NCBI GenBank assembly: GCA_036261775.1
Contig: DATAKF010000499.1
Span: forward strand, 8,524-72,523
Source: Polyangiaceae bacterium
GTDB taxonomy: Bacteria > Myxococcota_A > Polyangia > Polyangiales > Polyangiaceae
Reading direction: 5' to 3'
Length of the DNA: 64,000 nt
This document shows, piece after piece, positions 29,401 to 38,607 of the stretch. The notes under the pieces are model-generated. The model saw only the letters and a program-made list of their open reading frames with translations. It was not told the origin of the DNA and did not search any database. Within the stretch, counting starts at the first letter, position 1. The number at the start of each line of letters is the position of its first letter. Position numbers and translations under genes: made by a program.

Positions 29401-30746
29401 GCCACGATTTGCTGCGCCAAAATATCCAGCGGCGCGACCGGTGGGTGCAGCACGTCGAGGCGGCCGCCGTGCACGGCGCGCAGCAGTGCCGTGCATTCGA
29501 TCAGCTCGTCGCGCGTCAACGGGTACAGCTTGCCGACCGGAGTCGCAAAGCGGGTGTGACCCGAACGTCCGACGCGCTGCAAGAAGGTCGCGATGCTGCG
29601 TGGCGAGCCCACTTGGCACACCAGCTCGACCGGGCCAATGTCGATGCCCAGCTCGAGCGACGCGGTAGCGACCAGCACCTTCAGCGAGCCTTCGCGCAGC
29701 AGTTGCTCGACCCGCGCCCGGCGATCCTTCGACAAGCTGCCGTGATGCGCGGCCACGTTCTCGGCGCCGACGCGCTCCGCGAGCAGGTGCGCCAGACGCT
29801 CGGACATGCGCCGCGTGTTGACGAATAGCAGGGTCGTACGGCGCTGCTGCACCTGCTCGGCGATTTGGTCCAGCACCTCGCCCAGCTGCTCGTTCGAAGC
29901 TACCGCCGACAGCTCGCGCAGGGGCAGCTCGATGCTCAAGTCCAGCTTGCGGCGATGCCCGACGTCGACCACCGTGCAGCGCGGCTTTCCCTCGCTCGTC
30001 ACTCTCGCGGGGGCGGCGCCAACCAGCAGCCGTGCCACTTTTTCCAGCGGTTTTTGCGTCGCCGACAGCCCAACCCGCACCGGCCGCTGTGCAGCAACGT
30101 GGGTCAGTCGCTCGAGCGTCAGCGCTAAGTGCGAGCCGCGCTTGTCGCGCGCCACCGCGTGGATCTCGTCGACGATGATGCTGCGTACCGTGCGCAAGAT
30201 TTCGCGGCTCTTGCCCGCCGTGACCATCAGGTACAGCGACTCGGGCGTCGTGATCAGAAAATGCGGCGGGTGCTTCAGCAGCGCGACGCGCGCCGAAGCT
30301 GGCGTATCACCGCTGCGCGAGCCAACGCGAATCTCGGGCGGCTCGAACCCGAGCTCACGCGCGACCTCGGCAATTTGCTCGAGCGGCTCTTCCAGGTTTT
30401 GACGAATGTCGACGACCAGCGCCTTCAGCGGTGAGACGTAGACGACCTCGACGCCGCTCTCCAGCAGCTGGCCCGCGTCTGCGGCGCGATACAAGCGATC
30501 GATGCACAGCAAGAACGCGGACAGCGTCTTGCCAGAGCCGGTGGGAGCGGCGATCAGCGTGTCTTCACCGCGCGCGATGGCGGGCCAGCCTTGCGCTTGC
30601 GCCTCGGTCGGCCCGTGCGGAAAGCGTCGCTCGAACCAAGTGCGCACCGCCGGGTGAAACAACTCGAGCGCAGCTGCTGAGGCGTGCGCGCTGGGCCCCC
30701 CCAGCGGCGGCCTCGATGCCCAAGGCTGCGTTTCGCTCATGGACAT
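26427..30746 (-). CDS. lhr: Lhr-family SF2 ATP-dependent helicase
   Basis: APTGSGKT, SPLKAL, TTPESL, DEIH...KRGSHL, LSAT, HHGSLS, SLELGID, QRVGRSGH; long C-terminal region. Confidence 0.92.
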   Translation of the reverse strand: MSMSETQPWASRPPLGGPSAHASAAALELFHPAVRTWFERRFPHGPTEAQAQGWPAIARGEDTLIAAPTGSGKTLSAFLLCIDRLYRAADAGQLLESGVEVVYVSPLKALVVDIRQNLEEPLEQIAEVARELGFEPPEIRVGSRSGDTPASARVALLKHPPHFLITTPESLYLMVTAGKSREILRTVRSIIVDEIHAVARDKRGSHLALTLERLTHVAAQRPVRVGLSATQKPLEKVARLLVGAAPARVTSEGKPRCTVVDVGHRRKLDLSIELPLRELSAVASNEQLGEVLDQIAEQVQQRRTTLLFVNTRRMSERLAHLLAERVGAENVAAHHGSLSKDRRARVEQLLREGSLKVLVATASLELGIDIGPVELVCQVGSPRSIATFLQRVGRSGHTRFATPVGKLYPLTRDELIECTALLRAVHGGRLDVLHPPVAPLDILAQQIVAECSAEEWDDTELFDLMRGAAPYAALSRESFDEILDLMAEGITTGRGKRAAFLHRDRINGRSKGRRGARLAALTSGGAIPDNADYRVVAEPNDTFVGTINEDFAIESMAGDVFLLGSTSWRIRRVESGTVRVIDAEGAAPTIPFWLGEAPARTAELSEEVSALRAGVESELKRGGISAASDWLRSEAQVSPSVADAAVQYLRASQIALGVLPTHQDLVFERFFDDSGGMQLVLHSPYGGRVNRGLGLLLRKRFCRSFDFELQAAASDDSIVLSLGLSHAFPLSDMNDFLVPRGIATALTHAVLVTPMFGVRWRWNLNRSLVVLRYRGGRRNPPPIQRMETDDITAAVFPSLAACQDNATGPREIPEHPLVRQTLHDCMTEAMDLSGLQQLLDAIAEGSVRVHFRDTTEPSPLSHEILSARPYTFLDDAPLEERRTRAVQVPRGLPLEARDLSALDPEAIARVREEARPAPRNAEELHDLLLALLALRENAAWEPWFEALLAAGRAVRLETAAGKFWCALELRGTAQALFPDARFVPDLQPPAQLAVRPVPAREELAARAVRSQLELSGPASASSLASATGIDAATVTLALAQLRHEGFALSGFFELSCTEEQYCARRLLDRIHRYTRDRLRREIEPVSPQDYMRFLLRWQGVTGDTKRAGQRGLSAAIEQLQGFEAAVASWEADVLPARVTGYRPEWLDALCFSGEVMWGRLSERSAPAHAQRSATISRATPVTLAFRADLAWLQQSLRSPAASEEELPRGASALLACLQQRGALFSSELMSELGMSWRELNEALWDAVARGRVTSDGFGALRSLLQRRLEEPRQATPVFGLRRGGKRELSREGRWSLLPRARAAHDADALAEAVAEQLLARWGVVFADVVARENLALPYRELSWALRRLEARGVVRGGRFVNGFVGEQYALPDAVEQLRAVRRLPHSGETVTLSACDPLNLIGSIAPGAKVPVQRGRSFTLVDGALLPAEGASAPDPCLA

Positions 30747-30930
30747 GGCATCGAACCTTACGCCGCTCGCGGTGGCCGGCCAGCGGGTATGAATAGATCA
30801 ACAATTCTCCATGCTTGATGGATTGTTGCTGCTGGGGGAACGATGTTTGCCGATTGGTCTACCTAGTCGCAGGGCCTCGCACTGAGCAGGTTTCAGGTGT
30901 CACACGGAAACCTGTTCACGGAGATTGCAC

Positions 30931-31449
30931 ATGGCCTGGAATATCGATCGCTCACACTCGGAAGTCGGCTTTGCGGTTCGTCACATGATGATCAGCACGG
31001 TGCGCGGTAAGTTCACGAAGTTCGAGGCCGACGTCTCGCTCGACCCTGCGAAGCTGGAGGAAGCCAAGGTGACGGCTCGCATCGAAGCCGCCAGCATCGA
31101 CACCGCCGAAGAGAAGCGCGACGGTCACCTGCGCTCGGCGGACTTCTTCGACGCCGCCAACTTTCCCACACTGACGTTCACCAGCACCAAGGTGACGCGC
31201 AAGGGCGACGACGTGGAAGTGGTCGGCAACCTCAAGATCAAGGACCAAGAGCACCCGATCACGCTCAAGGGCGAGGTCACGGGCCCTGGTAAGGATCCGT
31301 GGGGCAACACCCGCGTCGGCTTCAGCCTCACCGGCGAAATCGAGCGCGAGCAGTGGGGCCTTGGCTGGAACCAAGCCCTGGAAGCTGGCGGCGTGCTCGT
31401 CGGCAAGAAGGTCAAGCTCAGCCTCGAGACGCAGCTCGTTCAGAGCTGA
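30931..31449 (+). CDS. yceI: YceI-family lipid/polyisoprenoid-binding protein
   Basis: WNIDRSHSEVGFAVRHMMISTVRGKF, RDGHLRSADFFD, DPWGNTRVGF. Confidence 0.92.
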   Translation: MAWNIDRSHSEVGFAVRHMMISTVRGKFTKFEADVSLDPAKLEEAKVTARIEAASIDTAEEKRDGHLRSADFFDAANFPTLTFTSTKVTRKGDDVEVVGNLKIKDQEHPITLKGEVTGPGKDPWGNTRVGFSLTGEIEREQWGLGWNQALEAGGVLVGKKVKLSLETQLVQS

Positions 31450-31511
31450 ACACCGAGCGACGCGCGGCGCGGCAGCCGAGGGGGGCTGCGCTGGTTGCCT
31501 GCTGTCTGCGC

Positions 31512-32189
31512 TCAATACGGGTGCGTGCCGAAGCAGAAGCCCAAACCGACGTTGATGAACTCGGACGTGCCGGTGCGGCCGCCGTCTACCGGGCCCAAAT
31601 AGGTAAACTCCGGCACGACCGCGAAGCGCGGCGTGAAGCGAAATTGAGCGCCGAGCCCGCCGCGGATCAGCACGCGCCCGGCGGGCGGGTGGTTGCGGAT
31701 GCCGTCGTCGAAGGTCTCGCGGCTGTTCATCGAGGGCTCCTCGCCATTGCCGAGCGTGATGCCGGTGCTGGCCAAGAGCGAGATGTCTTCGCTCAGGTTG
31801 AAGCCGGCCAGGATTGGCATGTCGACGTAGAGCGTCTCGGGCAAGAGCTGCACGCCGCCGTCGAGCGCCAGATCGAAGAAGTCGGTGCGCACCGCGTTCC
31901 ATTTGATGTCCCCACCAACGGACGCCAAGTTCGTGCGCAGGCCCATGTCGAGGCGCTTGGCCAAGCCGAGGCGAGCACCAAGCAGAACCGAGAAGCCATC
32001 CGTGCGGGGGTCTAGTCGGCGCACCAGCTGCGGCGCGACCACGCTGTTGAACTTGCCGACCGGCGTCGCGCGCGGCGTCGTGTAAAGGTTGGGCGACGCG
32101 CAGCCGCCGCACGCGCCGAGGCCGAGCGCCAGCTTGGTTCCCAAGCCCGTCCGACTTCGCCCAAGCGCTGCCAACGTGCCGCCGCTCAC
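31512..32189 (-). CDS. Hypothetical outer-membrane lipoprotein
   Basis: GGCASPNLYTTPRATP; amphipathic strands; terminal GLGFCFG. Confidence 0.6.
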   Translation of the reverse strand: MSGGTLAALGRSRTGLGTKLALGLGACGGCASPNLYTTPRATPVGKFNSVVAPQLVRRLDPRTDGFSVLLGARLGLAKRLDMGLRTNLASVGGDIKWNAVRTDFFDLALDGGVQLLPETLYVDMPILAGFNLSEDISLLASTGITLGNGEEPSMNSRETFDDGIRNHPPAGRVLIRGGLGAQFRFTPRFAVVPEFTYLGPVDGGRTGTSEFINVGLGFCFGTHPY

Positions 32190-32339
32190 CTACATCCAAG
32201 CTACCAGCGCCCTCCAGCCGCGGGCAGCAGAAGTTTCCAGGACGGTGCGATGGCTCTACGCGCGCGGCGCCTTTTGAGCCATCTTTGAGCACAACTGGCA
32301 TTGATGGGCGCGCGCTCGGGGCGTTTCCTTGGAGGCAGG

Positions 32340-32873
32340 ATGGTGCGACTCGCGATAGGTGTGACGCTGGCGCTGGCAACGTCGTTCATGGCTTGCTCGG
32401 GCAAGACCGAGCGCGGCAGTAGCGGCACCGGTGGAGACGCCGCCCCCGTGCAGCAGCCGGCGGCCGGTCCCGTCAACGTCGAGCCTGCACGACCCGAGCA
32501 GCCTCGACACCTGTTGATGGTGATGGAGCTCGAGCCGCAGACCCACGCGGCTCGCACCTTGACTGCGCGCGCGGTCGACTTGCCGCTGCCGCGACGGCGG
32601 GGCCCCGCGCAAAAGGGCCCGTGGCGCGTGGACGTACTGGGCGCGCAAGGCGCTGTCTTGTACTCGGCGCCGTTGGAAGACGCTGCCAGCGTGCGCGCTG
32701 AATTTCCCGATGCCAACGGCCAGCTTCGCGGCAAGACCGTCCAAAAGCGCGTTGCGGCGGTGACATTGCGCTTACCCGTATTGGACGGCGCGACGGACGT
32801 GCGGGTCGTGAGTACGGGTGAAAGTGGTGACACCGAGCTGGGGCGTGTGGGGTACCCCAAGGTGCAGCCGTGA
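32340..32873 (+). CDS. Lipoprotein coupled to the M64 peptidase gene
   Basis: FMAC lipobox; GTGA overlap with the next gene. Confidence 0.65.
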   Translation: MVRLAIGVTLALATSFMACSGKTERGSSGTGGDAAPVQQPAAGPVNVEPARPEQPRHLLMVMELEPQTHAARTLTARAVDLPLPRRRGPAQKGPWRVDVLGAQGAVLYSAPLEDAASVRAEFPDANGQLRGKTVQKRVAAVTLRLPVLDGATDVRVVSTGESGDTELGRVGYPKVQP

Positions 32874-34348
32874 GGCGCGCCGTCGCGGGGGCTGCGCTCG
32901 CGGTCGCCTGGCTGGCTGCCGCGTCGGCGGGCGCTGCGGAGGTGGAGAGCTTGCGCATGTCGGGTCCGGCTGCCGATCGCTTCAACATCGCGGTGCTCGG
33001 AGACGGGTACCGCGCCGAGGACCAAACCAAGCTGAAAACCGACGCGCAGGGCATCATCGACTACCTGTTCAGCGTGCCGCCGCTCAAGCAGTACGCTGCG
33101 TTCTTCAACGTGAAGTTGGTGCACGTGATTTCGAACGAGAACGGCGCCGACAACGGTAACACCGCCACGCGCGACACCGCGCTCGGCGCTCACTTCAACT
33201 GCGACAACATCGATCGCTTGTTGTGCATCGACGACGGGGCGGCGGCGGTGGCCGCGGCGCAAGACGTCCCGGAGTACAATTTTGCGATCGTGATCGTGAA
33301 CGATCCGAAATATGGCGGCTCGGGCGGACCCGTGTGCGCGTCGTCGTCGAACGAGCAGTCGTTCGAAGTCTTGGCGCACGAGATTGGCCACAGCTTGGCC
33401 CACTTGGCCGACGAGTACAGCTACGAAGGCAACCAGCCACCCTGCAGCCAACAAGCAGATTGCCGCGAGGCCAACGCGACGCTGCGCACGTCGCTCGATC
33501 AGATCAAATGGAAGGACTGGATCGAGCAGGGCACGCCCTTGCCGACGCCAGCCACCGATCAATACGGCAAGATTACCGGCTTGTTCGAGGGCACGCGCTA
33601 CACGCCTCTGGGCGTTTATCGACCGCAGCTGAACTGCAAAATGCGCGACTTGGGCGCCGACTATTGCTCGGTCTGCACCGAGCAGTTCGTGCGCTCCATC
33701 TGGACCGCCGAGAACATCAAGATGATCGAGCAGACGACGCCGGCTCGAGCCACCGTGCAGAGCGTGAGCTGTGACGCGGTGGAGCTGAGCGTGAAATCGC
33801 CGCCCATTACGCCGTCCACCTACCGATACACGTGGAGCGTCGACGGTCAGCCGCAAACCGAAACCACGAACGAGATTTCGCTGTTGCCCGGCGCATTGAA
33901 GCAAGGCGACCACCAAGTCGTCGTCACGGTCGAAGACGCCACGGCGCTCGTTCGCAGCGATCCGGACGGCATCTTGAAAGACGAGTTCACGTGGACGGTG
34001 TCGGTCACAAAGAGCGACTGTCCGGCGGAGATGCCTGGCGGCGGCGGTGGTGGTGCCGGTGGCGGCGGTGCGGGGGGCGCGCTGGGCGGGGGCGGCGGTG
34101 GCGGCGCCGCTGCTGGTGGTTTGGGTGGCGCTTCGAGCACGGCTGGTGAGAGCAGTGTTGCTGGAACGAGCAGCGCCGCTGGTGCGGGGGGAAGCGCGCG
34201 ACCTACTCCGCCACCGCTCGAAAGCTCGGGCTGCGGCTGTTCAGTGCCACGCTCGAGCTCGACGCCCACGGCCGCGCTCTTGGCTTGGACGTTGGGACTA
34301 GTGCTCGCTGGTCGCCGTAGCGCACAGCGCCGCTCGTCGCACCGTTAG
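32870..34348 (+). CDS. Peptidase M64 (IgA-peptidase-like) with MYXO-CTERM tail
   Basis: IAVLGDGY, YGGSGG, HEIGHSLAHLADEY zinc motif, YRPQLNCKMR; SSGCGCSV followed by a TM helix. Confidence 0.88.
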   Translation: MRRAVAGAALAVAWLAAASAGAAEVESLRMSGPAADRFNIAVLGDGYRAEDQTKLKTDAQGIIDYLFSVPPLKQYAAFFNVKLVHVISNENGADNGNTATRDTALGAHFNCDNIDRLLCIDDGAAAVAAAQDVPEYNFAIVIVNDPKYGGSGGPVCASSSNEQSFEVLAHEIGHSLAHLADEYSYEGNQPPCSQQADCREANATLRTSLDQIKWKDWIEQGTPLPTPATDQYGKITGLFEGTRYTPLGVYRPQLNCKMRDLGADYCSVCTEQFVRSIWTAENIKMIEQTTPARATVQSVSCDAVELSVKSPPITPSTYRYTWSVDGQPQTETTNEISLLPGALKQGDHQVVVTVEDATALVRSDPDGILKDEFTWTVSVTKSDCPAEMPGGGGGGAGGGGAGGALGGGGGGGAAAGGLGGASSTAGESSVAGTSSAAGAGGSARPTPPPLESSGCGCSVPRSSSTPTAALLAWTLGLVLAGRRSAQRRSSHR

Positions 34349-34400
34349 GCGCAATACGGCATTGTCTGCCTCCCGGTCGGGCGGTGTAGTCGCGCGCGCC

Positions 34401-36158
34401 ATGCTGAGAGGGTCACTGTTCGCGTGGTTGCCGTTGGCGGGATTGTTGCTCTCTTGCGGAGGCGGCGCTGGTGGCGTCGTACGTCCCAAGGACTTCAAGG
34501 GTGCCGACGCGCTGGGCGCTGGCGCAACGTGCACGGGTGCCGCGAAGTTTGCGCGCCCGCTGACCATCGATTTGGATTCCGATACGCGCGGTGATCTCGA
34601 AGCTTCCCTCGGCTCGGGCGTCATCGTCGTCGCCTACGATTGCGTGAACCTGCGGGTGCTCAGCACCTGCAAAGCGCCCAACGGCAGCTACGAATACGCA
34701 GGCGTCAGCCGCAAGGAAGAAGTCGTTCAGATGAAGGGTCTGGACGAATTGAAGGTCAACTTGCCGCTCGGCGCTGCCAAGCTGAGCAGCGAGGTTCAAG
34801 CGGGCCGCACCATCGACCTAGCGTTGGTCAGCGTGGGCCGTCGCTCCACCACGTTGTCGTCGCTGGAGCGCTCGGAGCTGACGGGCGGCTGCGAAGGCGC
34901 CACGCATTACCTGCAGAAGGCGTCGATCGGCGCCTTCTCGCTGGCTACGGGCTCGAACGGCAAGGTGGCGGGTGTGGCCGACATGTTCGGCAAGAGCGCG
35001 TCCGGCTCCAGCAGCGAAGAGCGCAGCTCGACCAGCACCGATGGCTCGCTCGAAGCCTGCCGCACCTCGGATCCTGACTCGGACAAGCCGCCGTCCCAGT
35101 GCCGCACACCAATTCGCGTCGAGCTGATCCCGATCCGCGAAGCCGCCGCAGCCGCGGCTCCGCCGCCACCCGTGCAAGGCGCGGGCGTCGAAGTGCAGCA
35201 AAACGCCTGCCCCGAGGGCTTCAAGGTGGTCGAAGGTGTTTGCACCAACAAGCTCGATACGGCGTTCTTGTGCGACCCAAAGAACGAGCAAGAATGCCGC
35301 GAGCAATGCGAGAAGGGCAACGCCGGTTCTTGCGCCAACGTGGGCGCGTTGATCGCGAACACTTACTGGAAGATTACCTGGGCCAAAGCGCGCGAAGACG
35401 CTCGCCCGTTCTTCAAGAAGGCGTGTGACGCGGACGACCTGGTCGGCTGCGCCGGCTACGTACGCACCACGTTTCCGAGCGAGAAGGACATCAAAGGCAA
35501 GCTGGCGGAAGCCAAGCCGCTACTCGCGCTCGACAAGAAGGCGTGTGAAGCCGGCGTCGGCATGGCGTGCTTCGATTTGGGCACCTATTTGGGCGCGGTC
35601 TACGAAGGCCAACCCTTCACGGATATCAAAGCGTCGCTCGGCTATTTCGAGCGCTCTTGCAAGCTGGGTCACCCGGACGCCTGCAACACGGCAGGCCTGC
35701 TCCACATGAGCGTCGACAAGGCAAAAGGCATGGCGCTGTACGAGCGCGGTTGTGACGGCGGCGACGGCTTCGTCTGCAACCAGCTCGCCATGCGCCTCAT
35801 CACCGGCATGGACGGCGTGACCAAAGACCTGCCGCGAGGTGAGCGCCTGACGCGCCGCTCCTGCGAGCTGAACATCGAAAACTGCGGCTTCTCGTCGGAG
35901 CTGTTGACCAAGGCTGGCAAGACGGCCGAAGCGCTGAAGCTCGCCAAGCACGGCTGCGAAGGCAAAGACACGCGCACGGGGCTCGACGAAGGCGACCAGG
36001 GTCGCGCCCAGCAATACCGCGGCGGCGCCTGCAAGGAGCTCGGCGACATCTACGCCGAGGGCCGCGGCGTGACGAAGGACGCCGCGAAAGCCAAGGAGTA
36101 CTACACGCTTGGCTGCAAGTACGCCGACCGCCGCGCCTGCCACATCTTGAAGCAGTAG
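34401..36158 (+). CDS. Lipoprotein with Cys-rich Sel1-like repeats
   Basis: LLSC lipobox; repeated KAC...C and YFERSCKLG...AC units. Confidence 0.8.
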   Translation: MLRGSLFAWLPLAGLLLSCGGGAGGVVRPKDFKGADALGAGATCTGAAKFARPLTIDLDSDTRGDLEASLGSGVIVVAYDCVNLRVLSTCKAPNGSYEYAGVSRKEEVVQMKGLDELKVNLPLGAAKLSSEVQAGRTIDLALVSVGRRSTTLSSLERSELTGGCEGATHYLQKASIGAFSLATGSNGKVAGVADMFGKSASGSSSEERSSTSTDGSLEACRTSDPDSDKPPSQCRTPIRVELIPIREAAAAAAPPPPVQGAGVEVQQNACPEGFKVVEGVCTNKLDTAFLCDPKNEQECREQCEKGNAGSCANVGALIANTYWKITWAKAREDARPFFKKACDADDLVGCAGYVRTTFPSEKDIKGKLAEAKPLLALDKKACEAGVGMACFDLGTYLGAVYEGQPFTDIKASLGYFERSCKLGHPDACNTAGLLHMSVDKAKGMALYERGCDGGDGFVCNQLAMRLITGMDGVTKDLPRGERLTRRSCELNIENCGFSSELLTKAGKTAEALKLAKHGCEGKDTRTGLDEGDQGRAQQYRGGACKELGDIYAEGRGVTKDAAKAKEYYTLGCKYADRRACHILKQ

Positions 36159-36178
36159 CCGCGCGCGCAGCCGACGGC

Positions 36179-36236
36179 TTGACAGTCTTGGCTTGGGGCG
36201 CTAGTTAACCTCTGGGTTAAGTAACCCGGCGGTTAA
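36179..36236 (+). promoter_or_regulatory. Sigma-70 promoter with two tandem TAACC-N4-GGTTA operators
   Basis: ttgaca 36179-36184, tagtta 17 nt later; ttaacc-tctg-ggttaa and gtaacc-cggc-ggttaa directly before the ArsR ATG. Confidence 0.75.
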
Positions 36237-36238
36237 AT

Positions 36239-36619
36239 ATGGCAATGGACGCGCTAAGCACGACTTTTTCTGCCCTAGCGGACCCTACGCGGAGAGCCAT
36301 TCTCGCCCGTCTGGCCCAAGGCGAATGCTCCGTGAACGAGCTGGCGGAGCCGTTCGACATGAGCCTGCCGGCGGTGTCCAAGCACCTGCGGGTGCTGGAG
36401 CGAGCGGGGCTCATCGCGCAGCGACGCGAGGCGCAGCGCAGGCCGTGTCGCATCGAGGCCGCGCCCATCAAGCAAGTCGTGGATTGGGCGGACCACTACC
36501 GGCAGCTGTGGGAACAGCGCTTCGACCGCCTGGAAGACTACCTGACCGAGCTTCAATCGAAACCGAAAGACCCCTCCAAGGAAAAATCCAATGCTAGGCA
36601 CCGCCGCAAACAAAAGTAG
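36239..36619 (+). CDS. ArsR/SmtB-family transcriptional regulator
   Basis: FSALADPTRRAILARL...SVNELAEPFDMSLPAVSKHLRVLERAGLI. Confidence 0.92.
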   Translation: MAMDALSTTFSALADPTRRAILARLAQGECSVNELAEPFDMSLPAVSKHLRVLERAGLIAQRREAQRRPCRIEAAPIKQVVDWADHYRQLWEQRFDRLEDYLTELQSKPKDPSKEKSNARHRRKQK

Positions 36620-37088
36620 TTTCGAAGTCAGCAAGCCCTCAGCGTGCGAGGTACGCATGACGCGCCTGTTCAACGCGCCCCGCGCGCTGGTCTACGAAGT
36701 CATGACGAAGCCGGAGCACGTGCGGCGCTGGTGGGGATGTCTGGGGGAGGGCTACTCCGTACCGGTGTGTGAGATTGACTTGCGTGTTGGCGGCAAATGG
36801 AAGTTCGTCCACAAGCACCCCAAGGGTGAGGTCACCTTCTACGGCGAGTACCGCGAGCTCGTCCCGCCCAGCCGCTGCGTCTTTACGGAGATTTTCGCCG
36901 ACTTTCCCGACGTGGTCTCGGTCGTCACCTCGGAGCTGCTCGAGGAGAACGGCAAGACGCGGTTGATCGCGACGGTCGCGTATCCGACCCAAGAAGTGCG
37001 TGACATGGTCATCGCGACCGGCATGGAGCATGGCGCCGCGATCAGCTACGACCGCCTCGAAGACCTCGTCGCGGAGCTGCAACGATGA
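36591..37088 (+). CDS. SRPBCC/AHSA1-like protein
   Basis: RLFNAPRALVY...PEHVRRWWG...CEIDLRVGG...FYGEYRE...GMEHG...YDRL. Confidence 0.9.
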   Translation: MLGTAANKSSFEVSKPSACEVRMTRLFNAPRALVYEVMTKPEHVRRWWGCLGEGYSVPVCEIDLRVGGKWKFVHKHPKGEVTFYGEYRELVPPSRCVFTEIFADFPDVVSVVTSELLEENGKTRLIATVAYPTQEVRDMVIATGMEHGAAISYDRLEDLVAELQR

Positions 37089-37228
37089 CGCACTTGCTCG
37101 GCGAGCTCGGCGGCACCGCGCGTGACTTCGCGCGTACGGGGCTGGCCGTTACCGTGGTGCTCGCGCTCGCGCTGGGCATCACGGTAGCGCGCGCGCTTTC
37201 ACCCGAGGAGCGTGGCCCGTCGCCGTGA
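37085..37228 (+). CDS. 47-aa membrane peptide, possibly a Wzx-flippase N-terminal remnant
   Basis: ATGA overlap with the SRPBCC stop. MTHLLGELGGTARDFARTGLAVTVVLALALGITVARALSPEERGPSP. Confidence 0.4.
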   Translation: MTHLLGELGGTARDFARTGLAVTVVLALALGITVARALSPEERGPSP

Positions 37229-37330
37229 CAAGCACTCACCTGACCGGTCATGGCGCGCGAACAAATCTGAACATGCAGCGAAGAGGTTCGCTCCAAACGA
37301 CGTCGAGATGTGGATGCTATAGCCAAGCGT

Positions 37331-38491
37331 ATGAAGGCCGCTTGGTGCATTTCGTTGATGTCGTGCGCTCTGGCGTGCGGTGGCACTGATGAAGGGCCGC
37401 GCGGCCAGCTGAGCCAAGCCGGTACGGCTGGCACTGCGCCGGTTGCCAGCGCTGGGTCGACGTCCGTAGGCGCGGCAGGGACTGGCGGTTCTGCGAACGT
37501 GACTGGCGGCGCTCCGAGTGCGGGTACGAGCAGCGTTGCAGGCTCCGGCGGCAGCGTGACGCTCGGCGGCACTGGCGGCGCGATCGATCCCGGGCCCGGA
37601 GGGAAACCCGGTCAACGCACTGTCGTGTACCTGCCGGACTACCGCGGCGCGCTGTCCACGTGGGCGACGCAGATCGATTTCTCGCGCATGACGTACTTGA
37701 ACCTGTGCTTTGCGGAGGTCGACGCGGCCGGCAATGTTTCGTACGCCGACCCGGGACTGGATGCATTCGTAGCGGCCGCGCACGCCAAGGGCGTCAAGGT
37801 TTGCATGGCCATCGGCGGCGCCACCGTGATCGAGAACGGCGGCGTCTACGCCACCGTGCTTCAGGACGGCATGCGCGACACGTTGGTGAACAAGCTGGGC
37901 GAGTTCGCCGCGAATCATCAGCTCGACTGCATCGACGTCGATCTCGAGGGTAACGGCGTCAACCAGTACTACGAGGCGTTCGTGACTTCGCTCGCCAGCA
38001 AGCTGCACGCGCAAAACAAAGAGATGACGTCGGCGGTCTCGAGCTGGTTCGGCGACAAGATCACCGACAAGGCGATTCAAGCCTTCGACTTCATCAACGT
38101 CATGGCCTACGACCTGCACAATCCCGGCGGCTCGACGCAGCCCGTGCAGTCGTCGTCGATCGAGGAGGCGACGGCAGAAGTCGAGTATTGGACGAACCGC
38201 GGTTTGGCCAAGAACAAGGCCGTTTTCGGGGTGCCGTTCTATGGGTACAAGTGGGCTGGCAGTAAGGGAGAGGCCCTCACCTACGCCGAAATTCTGAGTC
38301 AGAATGCCGCAGCCGCGACTGAAGACAAGGTGACGCTCGGGAGCTCGACCGTCTATCTGAACAGTCGCACCACCATCACTGCCAAGGCCAAATTGGCCAA
38401 GACCTATGGTGGCATCATGGTCTGGGAGCTGGGCCAAGATGCACCAGGGGACGCCTCGCTGCTCAAGGCCATCAACGACGCCAGCAAGTGA
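37331..38491 (+). CDS. GH18 chitinase-like lipoprotein
   Basis: ALAC lipobox, MAIGG, catalytic DCIDVDLE (DxxDxDxE), INVMAYD, GVPFYG, GGIMVWELGQD. Confidence 0.9.
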   Translation: MKAAWCISLMSCALACGGTDEGPRGQLSQAGTAGTAPVASAGSTSVGAAGTGGSANVTGGAPSAGTSSVAGSGGSVTLGGTGGAIDPGPGGKPGQRTVVYLPDYRGALSTWATQIDFSRMTYLNLCFAEVDAAGNVSYADPGLDAFVAAAHAKGVKVCMAIGGATVIENGGVYATVLQDGMRDTLVNKLGEFAANHQLDCIDVDLEGNGVNQYYEAFVTSLASKLHAQNKEMTSAVSSWFGDKITDKAIQAFDFINVMAYDLHNPGGSTQPVQSSSIEEATAEVEYWTNRGLAKNKAVFGVPFYGYKWAGSKGEALTYAEILSQNAAAATEDKVTLGSSTVYLNSRTTITAKAKLAKTYGGIMVWELGQDAPGDASLLKAINDASK

Positions 38492-38607
38492 CGATGTAGG
38501 GCCTGCCAGGGCCCGATTGGCTCGGCCCTTCCAAGGCCGGCGCAGTCTGCGCTAACGTTGCGGCCGATGCCTGAAGGCGCCGATATTCGGCGCTCGGGCG
38601 GGTCAGG

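Noticed and set aside
26427-30746. Lhr helicase as part of a defence island
   Set aside because: Housekeeping-type repair helicase with no nuclease, methylase or other defence neighbours
30799-30828. caacaat...attgttg dyad upstream of yceI as a novel element
   Set aside because: Looks like an ordinary regulator site and is too short to support more
34030-34200. Gly/Ala/Thr low-complexity repeats (also near 15650-15870, 20950-21140, 48400-48610, 62070-62260)
   Set aside because: Ordinary coding linkers of myxobacterial exported proteins
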